This document shows, one piece after another, positions 1 through 12,399 of a stretch of DNA of 64,000 nt; position 1 is the stretch's first letter; every line of letters starts with the position of its first letter. The DNA is from Camelus ferus (taxonomy: Eukaryota). The DNA lies in the NCBI RefSeq assembly GCF_009834535.1, contig NC_045697.1, positions 77,068,001-77,132,000 of the forward strand, written 5' to 3'. The notes under the pieces were generated by a model that saw only the letters and a list, made by a program, of their open reading frames with translations, ran no database searches and was not told where the DNA came from. The position numbers and the translations under genes are program-made.

Positions 1-779
1 AAACAAAAGAACAGACAGGAAGATCAGAGAATGGCACTGATAAACATGGGTTGGACCAGTGAAATTTAGTGAAACATGCACAGTGAGTCTAGTATGTCTG
101 AAAACTATACAGAGGCCAGTTTAGGATGCTGGCTACCCAAGAAATTTTCTTGTTTCTAGGCCTCCTCACAGTAATCAAGGTTATTCCTGTTTGCTCTTGA
201 CAGATCTAAAATGTTGTGAGTTTGGGGTCAGTTTTCGCATTACCAGAAAATCACTTTGCTTCACTGGGCCTCAGGCTCCTCACCAGTTAAAAGGGAGAAT
301 TTAATTCCATGTTCACATCTCTGTGTTAGTTGGCTTTGGAATGAAGAAGAATTTGCCACATGTTTTCTTAATCAATGAAGGATTTTTATAAAATCGTCAT
401 CATTACAATCATAATAATACACTAGGAAATAAGAAACCAGGATCTTGGACCCCAGAGACATGGGCAAGCAGGGCCTACAACAGAGCCGGCTTTCAGAGAC
501 ATGTGGCGTCTGGGAATTTGGTAGTCCTTCAGAATCCAGTGCAGCTTTTACAGCCCACTTACCTTGCTGAGTGCGTCAGCAGGTTCGTGGGGTGCCGATT
601 CTAGTCTTCACATTACCATGACTTTGCCACGCTTTCTATTTCTGTGTCTCTCTTAACTTCTCCTCCCACTGCCACGTGGGCATAACTCTCTCACTTCTGT
701 AGTTTCCGCATTTCTGTGTGACATATTAATTGTGTACGTCCAGTTTTTCCCACAATTTCCTGCTCACTATCTCTGTAGT

Positions 780-912
780 CATTGCCTGCAAAGCCTAGTA
801 AAGGATGAATTTAGATCTACCTTGTTTACAGCTTTACACAACACCTAGCATAGTAGTTGGCACTTTGTAGAGTCTCAATAAGTACTTTTTGAATGAATAA
901 ATGAATGAATGG
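780..912 (+). mobile_element. L2 LINE 3' end fragment
   Basis: cctagcatagtagttggcac...ctcaataagtactttttgaatgaataaatgaatgaatg, a typical L2 terminus. Confidence 0.7.
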
Positions 913-1189
913 ATGCCTCACTTAGGCCAGCCCATGGACCGGCCTACTGCAGATCTATCTGTATTTGTAGCTAAGAAGGCTGCATGGTTTAAAACTTGAC
1001 CAATTATGGAATTTTAAATAAAATTTAAATAAATTTTAAATAAATCAATGTGGAAGTCTGCTTTGCTCAGCAGGAGTCTGTGGACTAGCCCTCAAAACAT
1101 GAATATTCATCTATGGATATTTACCTGGGCAAGTCCCTTACCTTGTTTGGATCCAGCAAAGGAAAGAAAAATTGGATTGGTTAAGAAGG

Positions 1190-1423
1190 GTTAGGGGATA
1201 GGGGTGGGAAGGGACAGACTGGGAGTTCAAGATTGGTAGATACTGACAGGTATACATAGAATGGATAAACAAGTTTATATGTATAGCACAGGGAAATATA
1301 TTCAAGATCTTATAGTAGCTCACAGTGAAAAAGAATATGAAAACGAATATATGTATATTCATGTATGACTGAAAAATTGTGCTGTACACCAGAAATGACA
1401 CAACATTGTAAAATTACTATAAA

Positions 1424-1424
<1 letters not shown>
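1190..1424 (+). mobile_element. 5'-truncated young (camelid-type) L1 3' UTR
   Basis: gggtgggaagggacagactgggagttcaagatt...tatagcacagggaaatatattcaagatctt...gctgtacaccagaaatgacacaacattgtaaa, similar to the other young L1 3' ends in the window. Confidence 0.85.

Positions 1425-1476
<52 letters not shown>
1425..1476 (+). repeat. (TAGA)13 microsatellite at the L1 tail
   Basis: Perfect tetranucleotide array read directly. Confidence 0.97.
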
Positions 1477-4400
1477 GGGTTGAGGGATGGACAGGGATTA
1501 ACATAATTAACCTTACTGACTGTTTAGGATCAACTAAAAGCTTCTGCCAGTTAATCACTCTTTAGAGCTCCTGTGGGTCAAGTCTCAGAGTTATCCTGCT
1601 GGAAGAGTGAAGGAACTGGGGTTTCATGCACCTACTCCCATTAGTTACTGGTGGGACAGGAAGGTGGGGAAGGGGGCATGAATCCTCTGGTGTATCCAGC
1701 CTGCCCACACTGCCGCAGAAAACCTTCAGGCCTTCGGAATTCAGCCACAGTGGCTACTGTAATGGTAAGGCAGAGAGGAAATGGCCGGCACTGGCAGTAG
1801 TTGTTACAGACTCTTCCACCCTGCGGTCATAACTGAGACATTCATTGCCCTCAGAATATCCAAATCCCATCAGTAAGCATAACTCTTTTTGTTCCTTAAT
1901 CCTCTGACACCTATACCCAGCAACGGGTCCATAATTCACAAGTCCCTTCCTCCAGAAAATATAGTAACAGTACAGCTACCAATTGTCAGGACCTCACTCC
2001 TGAATCCAAAAATAGATTATAAAAGTCATTATAGCAATTATCATTTGCTAATGCAATTTTCTGCTGACTTGCTCTCCACCCACACTGCCCTCTCCACCCG
2101 CATACACCCATACTATGAGCTCATGGAGAGAAAGGCCTCTTTGTCACTCATTCTTAAATCCACAACATCTAGAAAAGTTTTGGACAGGTAGTTGGCACTC
2201 AAATGTTTCTTGAGTGGATTAACTAAATTGACAAGCCTAGTCTGGATCCATGGGATCACAAAATCTAGCTTCGGAATCCTACACCCACTATTCTGGCCGT
2301 GCAGTTCCAAAACAGAGCATGTTCACTACATGATTGGGACTGACTGCTTTGCCAAATAGAGGCGTCATTTTCGACACTTGAGAACATCCCTACTTCTCAG
2401 TCAAAGCTGTGCTGCATTCTTTATGAATTAGGAACTATGAAACCATGGTACTATAGTTACCAGTTTTAGAACAAGAAAGGACAAATACCAAGAAGACTTT
2501 TATTTCCAGAATACCCGGTAGTAACACTACAAGTGCCCCTGGCACAGGAGCAACACCTCTATTACCAAGGGCCCCAATGACACTGTAGGGAATAGAGCTG
2601 AGTTTTGTTTTGTCTGTTATGTTTACAGGTCTCTATTTGCTTGTGTTTTCTCTGGTTCTCTGGTTAAATCACAAACTCCCCAAGAGTTTATGACTTAGTG
2701 CATGTCTTCTGCTTTTTTTTATAATGCTCCATAGTACCTGGTAGAGTGTCTGGCACATAAAGAATCATCAACAAACCGTGGCTGATGGATAGAAATGCCC
2801 TGTAAGTAAGTGGACCAACCCTAAGCAGCATTAATAGCTAGAATTTCTTGAGTCCTGAAAGTAGGCAGTGTCTAAAACCCAAGAAAACAGGCTGCTCTGG
2901 CCACATTGAGGCTCAGGAAATGACTAAACATTTCATTTCTGTGGACACTGATTTTGTTTTTTTTTAATCATCTCTGAAAGCAAGTACTAAACATATAGTG
3001 ACCTTAGTCTTTCATTTTTATGTTCCACTGGTATATAATCAACAGTAACCATAAAGTAGAACCAACGCTTCATAATAGATGGCATAAGAGCATTCATTCC
3101 AAAGGCAGACACTAAGCTGTGGAAAATATAACCAAATTCTGTTAGCATCAGGGAGGTTTCAGTGGAGACTTTTGCACTCCTAAAACGCCAATCTCTTTGC
3201 TTTTCAGGTCTTCTTTTGGTTTGGTTCCTCTGAGTAAAATCAAAAGCAAATGTGTGGAGCGAAATAAAAATTAGGAACACTAGCTCGGCAAGAATAACTC
3301 CTGCTCTGTGATTTGATAGGGTCGGGAGCTAGGAGGAAGGATTCAATTTTCAGCAGCTCTGCTCTGTCGCTGCAGCCTGCATATGTTCCAGCTCGGCCTT
3401 GATCTGCAGCCGTCCCTGTTTACTATGTGACAGACAGCTGTTCCCTCCCCGCCATTAGCCATCATTCCTCCACCTTGAGCACCAGCCCTGCGGGAAATGA
3501 GGCACTTCCGGAAATTGCCGCCCACCATGCACAGTATAGCCTTTGGCAGGAAAGCTCAATATCAGACCAGGGCTGATTGTCAAAGGGTCTCCCAAGGGAA
3601 AGATAGAAAAGCAAGCAGAAAAGAAACTACATAAGAGCCCCAAGAAATAAAGCTTAATGCCACCAAAATCTGCTAGTACTTTTTATCATACTTGGTTCTA
3701 TTTTCAGCTGTTACAGCTTTCCCTTCACCTGCTGGGCTCTTTTTGAAATAGACACCAGGAGAGGGAAGCTCAGTGCAGCTTATGATCCAGAGCTGCCTGC
3801 AAGAATAGGTAAATCACACCTGGGGACTGAGAGGCTGTTACATCTAGCACGTGCCTGCCATGTGTAAAATGTCCAGTCCTCATTACCAGGCTCAGCAGTC
3901 TCGCCTGCACATTTTTATTTAATATTGTTAACGCTGTTTATGAAAATAAGTTGAGGTGACCTGAAATGAAGCATATGAACATGTGTGTATTCTTCATTGG
4001 TGTGTGTGGATGTGCATATGCCTTTGGGGAAATAAAGAATAAATACTGTTGCAATAAAGAAGAAGAGAAAACAACATGTCTTCTTTTGTTTGTGTAGAGA
4101 CTTTTTTAATACAGTATTGTGGATGGCTTTCAGTTTGTATTTTCTGTTTGGGAAAGACAATGATAAAAATGAAACAAAAAGGATTGTGAACCCCAAAATA
4201 CAAAAATTCACCTTTTCGCCTAAGATGACTTATTTTATTATTTTGAATGATAAAGGTCCTGGCTGACCACCTATTAGACTGTAGAGAGAATGCCTACTAC
4301 AGCTGGGAAATTGGACCTGTGGGCTCTCCTGTTCCTTTCAAATTAGCCATTTTATAATCTTTATGTGCTGGATAAATTCCTTTTAAAATGGTTTTCCAAG

Positions 4401-5199
4401 AAAATTGTCAAACTCAAAAACACTGATTCATGCAGATAATTGCTAATGCTGTTGGTATCTTTTCTGTTCAAACAGGAAGAGAAGAGTAAGGAGGAGCAAT
4501 TCCATGGGACTTGGGAGAAATCCGTTCGGGTAGTGACTGTCTATCAGCTTCACATTTGCAATACTGTCTTTATGTATTTGAGTGGTAGTTTCCATTATAG
4601 GTCCCATTTCAGACCTTTGTAATTCATGCTTTCCTTGACATTGCCGACTCCAAATAGGGGACGAATATTCCTGTGAAAGGCTATGAAATTTATTTTACAA
4701 ATTTGCCTTAGAGATGAGAAAACTAATAGAAAAATTAAAAACATAGAGATGCATTAAAATTTCAAGAAATCTCCTTTCCACGTGTAGATTCATTAACATA
4801 TCAAGGACACCTGGGTCATGTTTTCAATTAAGAAAGGAATACGTGAACACAGTGCAGAACACTCCCAAGGGGAGTGCAGAACAAGCCCTGCTATAAGGAC
4901 CTCCATCCCCAAACATTTTCATGCTGGTGAAAACTGATGAAAATTAAAATATGGAGCAGCTTTGAAGAATGTATGTTTTCTTTGTTTTAGTGCAACTAAC
5001 TCCCCAGAAAAGTGAGACTGAGAAATATAATACTGTTGCTAAATGCTAACCCCAAATCTCAGGCAAAACATGTTTAAAGGATAACTGTATGGACTGTTTA
5101 TGACAATCTTGAATTATTTTTTGCACCAGCTGGTGGGATCACCTTATAATGATGCTCCTTAGTACTTACTTATAGCACAGGACTTGGGCAGTTACCCAG

Positions 5200-5455
5200 C
5201 TGAAAATAATCATAATTGAGTACTTCCACCATGTCAAACACTTTAAGGCATCTTTCTGTCATCCTGAAGCGTATGAAGTTACAGTACCGGAGAGTCAAAT
5301 AACTGATATAATGTCTCCCATTACATAGATGAGGAATCTGAAGCTCAGGATTACTGAACTTGCCCCAGCCATACTGCTGGTACTGTCTGCTGCAGAATTT
5401 GAAACTCGATTTGGCTAATTAGAGCTCATGCTCTTCCTGCTACACCAGACTGTCT
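5200..5455 (-). mobile_element. MIR SINE
   Basis: ccccattacatagatgaggaatctgaagctcag...aacttgccccagccatac...gaatttgaaactc MIR core in antisense. Confidence 0.7.
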
Positions 5456-5471
5456 TTTAACCATTTCTCCC

Positions 5472-5972
5472 TGTTGAAGATGAGAGCTCTGTGTCACCAT
5501 TTTTGTCACTAACGAGAGTGTATGGTCGTCAGGCCCCTCAAGGTGATTGTTCTTTTGCTGTCTGCTCATCCCCTGCTCGACCAGCGCCTGCTTCACCTGC
5601 ACCTACTCACATAGCTGACCTTCCTACATACTTGCCCCTGCCCTAGCTGGCGATTGTTCTTATCAAAGGGGTGGTGAGAGGCGTGCCCCTCTGCTAGTTT
5701 CCCTGGTAACTGATGAGCAAACCTGATGTCAATTCCCCCTTTAACTGCTAACCAACCCTGCCCCTTCCCCTGGGAGTGAAGCCTGCCACCTGGATATGCC
5801 TGCCGCCCCCTGCCCAACACGGACTGGGTGTTGCTCCAGGACCTTGCTTCAGACAAGTGAGCTCCCCATTCCATTAAACCACTGACATCTCTGTCACTGA
5901 CTCCAGGCTCTTTCTTGGGTCTTGAAGCTGAGCCAGGAAAGGTTGTGTAGACCTGCGAGGTGCAGCCCAGCA
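5472..5972 (+). mobile_element. Probable ERV solo LTR
   Basis: About 500 bp, TGTTG...CAGCA termini, ATTAAA at 5873-5878 followed by U5-like tctctgtcactgactcc...ggtgcagcccagca. TSD not evident. Confidence 0.65.
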
Positions 5973-6879
5973 GAAAGGAACCAGTCTACATTCCTTTGGA
6001 GTGCATTGTTCTTAAATTAGAACGGTTAATGGAGACTCCTTTTTTTTCTTAAAAACCATAACTAAAATACAAAACTTTAAACATCAGAAGTTAATATGTC
6101 AAGATAATTGTTCACTTTTGTTATGGAGGCATTTCTGTTGGCAGAATGAATGTTTTGAAGTACAAAACAGCTGCTAATTTTAGTAACGCTTTTTAGGTAG
6201 TAGACCTTAAAGTGAGAACTTTACCGGTGAGGCTTCATTTGTTTTGTTTAGTAAAGCAATGAATCAAACACATTGAAAACTGGATTACCACCAAATCACA
6301 AATGGGATTTAAGATGACAACTATAGTAAGTAACATAGCTGTGATCACTCGGGGCCGAGTAAAAAGGAGCACTGGGCAAGGAATCAGGATGATGCGGGAT
6401 CTGATCTTGGCTTTCCACTGACTGCCGTAGTTACATTTCTTAAGTTCAGTAAATCTGAAGTTCTCGTTCTGCAAAATACACTAAATAATATCTAGCTCCA
6501 CTTAGCTATAAATTTCTATGATATATTCAAACATGTCCACTCACTGTGTAGAAGTTTTGGTTGGAGACCACCTTTGAACAGTATTATTAAAAAAAATGAT
6601 TTGAAGAATTCATCACTGACATTTTGATTACATCCACATGTTCCAACATATTCCAATAATCCTGCATTGTCTAGCTTAAATCAAAGAACCTTCTCTTTCA
6701 TGTTTTAGTCTATCCTGAGCTAGATATAAGGGAGAATGGAAGCCACCTCAAAGTTAATGAAGGGACTGTCAGGGCTCTCTGTGGGGCCCCGCCCGCTGCC
6801 ATCTCTCTCTCCATTTCCCACATACCCGCCGGTTTAAAATATATTGGTTTTGTAATTAAAGCACATCCTGGCTTGCCCT

Positions 6880-7550
6880 CTTCAAAAATGTCAAGGTTGA
6901 TGGCCAAGAAAGGCTGATGAAACTGTTGCAGATTAAAAGAGAGTAAAGAGACTCGACAATCGAATGCAATATGTGCTTCCAGATTGGATCCTAGACTAGG
7001 GAGAAAATAGCTATAAAGGATGCTATTGAAATAACTGCTAAAATTTGAATATGGACTGTAGATTAGATAATAATATAAAATCAATCATAAATTCCCTGGG
7101 TTTATGACTGTACTTAAATTTGTGTAAGAGAATTCTTTATGCTTAGCAAAAACACACTGAAGTATTTAAGGGTAAAGGGGTATGATACCTCTAACACACT
7201 CTCAAATGGTTCAGAGAAAAAACATGTGAATATACATTTTTACACATACATGCATATAGAGAGTATGTATCTATACACATAAAGACATATGTGAGTATAT
7301 GTAGGTATGTATGTATAAATAGAGAATATTATAAAAACAAATGGGACATATACCAATACTAAATCATTATATTGTACACCTAAAACTAATATAATGTTGT
7401 ATGTCAATGTTGTATCCAATAAAAAAAATTTAAAGAGAAATGGGACAAAACATAAACTTTTGGTAAATCTGAGCAATAGGTATGTGATAGTTCCTCCTAC
7501 TATTCTTGTTACTTTTCTGTAGGTTTGAAATTATTTTAAAACAAAGTTAC
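6880..7550 (+). mobile_element. Old L1 (L1MC/ME-like) 3' end with a nested ~90 bp L1 tip at 7349-7437
   Basis: L1M 3' UTR motifs (ttggatcctagact, atttgaatatggactgtagattag). The nested tip is flanked by TSD AAATGGGACA (7339-7348, 7438-7447). Confidence 0.75.
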
Positions 7551-7903
7551 CAAGAAAAATTGATTCAGAACAAACATTTTTATAAAACATGCTATTAACT
7601 ACCATATGGGTAAAGACCTATTGTTTTACATACCCAACCAAAGCATCATCCCAATATATCCTATCTTCTACAAATAATGTCCTCCTGTATCTTAGACCTG
7701 CTCCTTCTCTCCACTCCCTTTAGCCTTGACTCCAAGTACTTTATCCCCTATTCTACCCATGTTATAGCTACCATGTCCCTGCCCCCATGACTGCTACTGC
7801 CCATGGGTAAGCACTTGACCCAGAATGGGCCAATCTAAGAATTAAATCCATGCTTCTTGCACTGGGTCTCAAAAGAAACCTAAGTCAGTTATTCTTTGGT
7901 GGT

Positions 7904-8387
7904 TGTCTCACTCTGGATCCTCCCCTACCCCCCAACCAAAAAAAAGAGACTCTGAAACAAGGATTTGGGTACAAGTAGTTTATTTGGGAGATGATCCAAG
8001 GAAGCATAGTAAGAGAGTGTAGAAATGAGACAGGGAAGGAAGGAAGCAAAACTAAAAGGTGTCGAGTCCTGCTGGGGTCCTCTAAGACACCTATAAAAGA
8101 AAACTCAGAACTGTCCCCCCAAAGAATGAGGAAAGTAAGGTATTTATGCACCAATTCTCATCCCTCTTTGACTGAAGGCTACTCCTGGGCTTACTGACCA
8201 CCTGGCACTTTTGGCCTGCCCTACCTGCTATCCCATCCCCGTCCACCAAGCCACTGTCCTCAGGCAGAAAGATGCAGGTGATTGAGGTAGGAAGTCTGGG
8301 ACAGACAGGTGAGCAGTTCCCCAACTGTAGATGACCTCATGGATGGGCTGAGGAGACACGGCTAGGACAGCAACAGTGTCTGCTCCA
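7904..8387 (-). mobile_element. MaLR (MLT1-type) solo LTR nested in an older ERVL-like LTR (~7740-8650)
   Basis: TG...CA ends with a perfect 5-bp TSD GTGGT (7899-7903, 8388-8392). MLT1 motif acaaggatttgggtacaagtagtttatttgggagatgatcc. Confidence 0.8.
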
Positions 8388-10144
8388 GTGGTTAATGGAG
8401 GAAGTTTTAGGGTTTGTCAGTGGACTGTGCTTCCTGCCACGTGGAGGAGTCTACGGGGAAAGAGAGAGAAGTGGACTTTCAGAGAAAGACGGAGTTATTG
8501 CAGCAACGGAAGCCATGGTTTCAGCTGTTTCTGAGGCCCCAGCTTTGTCTATTCAGTCCTATCTAGGACTCAATGAGCAATTAAGATCACCTTTATGTCT
8601 CAACAAATTTAAGTTGGGTTTCTGCCACATAGCCAGAAGAAACCCGACTTTTAATGTTATTATATGTTATCATCTACATCTTTGTGGTGAGATAACCATA
8701 CTTTCACCCTGAGTCCCACCATATGTGATCAGTGTAGAGCAGCAATTATGAAAACCTCAGCTCTGATCTCTGTATTTCCCGCTGTAGTAGGGCTTGCTTT
8801 ACTTATTTTCAAATTGAAGCCATTTGTTAATTTCCTCAAGTATTTTCTTCATTTATCCACTGCTGCATATATCTTTGTACAGCCAAAACTCATCAGGCTT
8901 AGTAAAACATTCTTCATCTATCTTGAGGATAATTTTGTGGAATAAAAGTATTCAATGATTTCTATCTCTAGAAAGGACTTTACATTTTTTTAAAGAAAGA
9001 TGTTTGCGGGATATAAATTTTACTGTAACTGAAAAAAAAATGTCCAGTACTTAAAAAAAAATCTCAAAGGAAGTAAAATACAATTTAGCTTAGAAAAACA
9101 ACTCCAATAATTTATTTTGGAGGGCAGGAAATAAAACTATTTATTTCTTGATCCTGAGAATACAGCAGTGTTCTGATCCTTAAAGAAGATGGGTAATTTT
9201 AACTTGCAGCTAAGCTGGAAAAAAATGGAAAAGAAAAAATATCAATATATATGCAATACACGCCCACACACACTTTATAGACAACTCATTAAAAAAACAT
9301 TCCCCCAAACACATTTTTACATTTCTCTTGAGATTTTGGAATTTATACTATAAAAGTATGTACAAAATGTGCCTAAGTTAAGGCATCACCAAGTCACAGA
9401 TCATGGAATGACTCCATCACCAGTTTTTCCATGCCACACTGCCTGTTTAACCATGAAAAGTCTGTTATTCAGGCTCATTTTTCCTTCCTAGAGCAATATT
9501 TCAAATCATTGTATAAGACGTCTTAGTGTAAGATATACCTTAAAAGTAATGCTTGTCAATATTCATAGTTTAAATTCGGAGGCATTTCATGACATTTTCA
9601 CAGACCAGTCATCTCTATTCCTTTTTAATTTGCATCATTTCTATCTCATTATGGCTGTGTTTATACAGACAAGAAATTGAGAGCTTATTTAATTTTGAAT
9701 ATAAGAAATAGCCTCTCTAGATTACTCATATCAAAGCAAATTGATTGGATGCTCAACTCAAAAGCAGGATATTTTCCTGAATTATCTGGATAACTCAACT
9801 TTATAATTTATTCTGCTGGAATAGAAATAACCTGAATATTACTTTTTACCATACTGCCCTTCAAATATGACAAATGATAAAACATTGATGCCTACTTCTT
9901 ATTTTATAAATAACCAATGCAAACATGATTTTTATTTCTCTGATTTCCATTTCTTGGTATAAGATACCTAGGTGTCTCTTTTGGAAAACAGTCTAGTGCG
10001 GCATTAAACATGGAAGTTCTAGAGCTACTTAACCTCTTTGTGCCTCAGTTTTCACATCTGTAAATCTGGGATATTGATAATACCTGATTCATAAAGTTGT
10101 AGTAAAGATTAAATGAGATAAATCTAGTAAAGCACTTAGAAAGT

Positions 10145-10696
10145 AATTGAAAGCATATGTCTCACAGAGAGATTTGTACACCTGTGTTCATAGCATTGTT
10201 CCCAATAGCCAAAAGGTAAAAGCGATTCAAATGTTCATCCATGGAGGAACTGATTAATAAAATGTGGTATATACAAGCAGTGATACATTATTCTGTCTTA
10301 AAAAGGAAGGAACATGCTTCTGACACATGCTATGACAGATGAACCTTGAGAACATTCTGCTAAATGAAATAAAATGACAGATATGGTCTGATTTCACTTA
10401 TATGAGGTATCAAGAGTAGTTAGACTCAGAAAAATAAAGTAGAATGGTGGTTGCCAGGGCTGGGGGGAGGGGGAAGTGGGTAGCTGGTGTACAGTGGATA
10501 TAGAGTTTCAGTTTTGCAAGATGAGAAAGTTCTGGGGGTCGGTTACACAAAGATGTGCATGTACTTAGCACTGCTGAACTGTACACTAAAAAATGTTTAA
10601 GATGGTAAATTTTGTTATGTATATTTTACTACAATTCTTAAAAAAATGAAAAAGAAGAAATGTTAAATAAAAGATTTTATTTTACCTTTAAAAATG
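10145..10696 (+). mobile_element. L1MB-like 3' end inserted into a MIR (MIR ~9990-10144, resuming ~10697-10730)
   Basis: L1MB 3' motifs (agaatggtggttgccaggggctgggg, gttttgcaagatga, ctgaactgtacact). TSD AAAGCACTTAGAAAGT / AAAGCACTTGGAGAGT at 10129-10144 and 10697-10712. Confidence 0.85.
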
Positions 10697-11289
10697 AAAG
10701 CACTTGGAGAGTGCATGGTATAGACAGCTTCAAGAGAAAAGGGCTATTGTCTTTGTTTTTCTTTCTTTTTAAAATTTTCTGATTAAGGACCAGCTGACTT
10801 ACATTTGTGATCCTATGTAGATGTTTATTCGATAGAGGAACAGTTCTCTGGGTTCAAATGGAAATAAGCAATTGCCTTTTTTCTAGGGCTGTCCAGGGGG
10901 CCCTGAGTGCAGATAAGCCCTGTGGGGATAAACCCTGTGAGGAAGGAAGGGCCTGGAATCAGATATTCAAGCAGGGATCAGAAGCACAAGTGGTGAGCTC
11001 TCTGGGGCTGGGGCACGAGAAAGCTGGCAGCCAACCAGTTAGCTGTTTATGTAAGTGAAGGAGAGCTACTGCGGGTCCTGGTCCTTGCTCCAGCAGTGGG
11101 TCAGTGTAAGCTCTCTACAGGCCATAAAAGGAGACTATGAGGTGGTCAGTTCAAGCCCAAGGAGAATAAATAATATCCATCAGACCTATGGCATCCCCGT
11201 CAACTACTCCAACGGCAGGGGAACCTAGGGATGCTGAGTGATATAACATGAAAAAGTCGAAAGAGCACAATAAAGTAATCTAATCACTG

Positions 11290-12200
11290 GGGAAGGGGCT
11301 ATAAATTCCAAATACATTGGAGTAAACTTAACAAGAAATATGCAGTGCCGACATGCAGAAAAACACAAAGTTTTACTGGGGAATATAAAAGTCGTGGCAA
11401 ATGAATGGAGTCAAGTACTTTGTTCTCAGGTGGGAAGAATTAATGTTGTAAAATTTCAAATCTTCTAAATTTCATTTATAAATTTAATGTAATTAGATTT
11501 AGACTTCCAGTTTCAGAATTATGCAGCAAAAGAATAAAGAATGCATTTAAAACTCCTGAGCAAATACAACTATACAAGGTAGTTCTGGCCTAATACTAGA
11601 CAGATAGGTTAATGAAACAGATTCTAAATTCTATGATACATGCAATACTACACAAGGGTTTAGGATTAGTGAAGCCCTTTTGTAATCAATACAGAAGGAG
11701 TAGACTTTTAATGAATGGCAGCTTAAATAATGTGTTAACTATGGAAAAATACTGCTATGGCTAACACCATATATTAACATATATTTGTATATTTCCATGT
11801 AGGTTGAGTTATATATCATGAAAATGAAATCAATGTATTATGTAATTAAAAAAGCAAGAAAGATAAAAAAGAACTCAAATGACCAATATAACTTGGAAAA
11901 TGTGTTCAAACTCATTACACTTTAAATAAATTTTATTACATGAAAATTCAAATAATGAGATATGAGTTTAGCCCATAAAACTGGAATTTAAAAAATGATT
12001 GTACAGAGGCCAATAAGAGTTCAAGAAGAGGGGCACATCCATTAACTGCAGGTGAGAATGTAAATTGGTATAATCTTTCAAGGAGAACTTTGGCAATATT
12101 CTTCCAAAGTGTTTAAAAAATATATATTCAGACCTTTTCCACCCAGCCTCTGCCTCAAGAAAGATGGTAAGAAATAATGAAGATTCAGTATCTAGGAATA
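11290..12200 (+). mobile_element. Highly decayed old L1 ORF2/3' fragments
   Basis: A-rich L1 motifs (gagtaaacttaacaagaaatatgcag, ggtgagaatgtaaattggtataatc...tttggcaatat). Confidence 0.55.
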
Positions 12201-12399
12201 TGAACTACGTAGCCTGAAAATACGAAATATGTTTCTGCTGCAAAATACCCAGAAACTTTGGGTTAAAAACAAAATTTTTTAAATGCTGGGGGAAAAAAGA
12301 AACGGGGGGAGGGGAAGAAATATAAGACAAAATAAATTCATTTATGAGCTAAAACTTCAGCAGCCCCAGAGGGGTTTATTAGCATCAACAATGGAGGAG

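Noticed and set aside
1010..1046. TTTAAATAAAT x3 short array; also (TAGA)n, (CA)n, (TA)n and (GATA)n arrays elsewhere
   Set aside because: Simple slippage repeats with no unique spacers; not CRISPR-like, and the DNA is mammalian.
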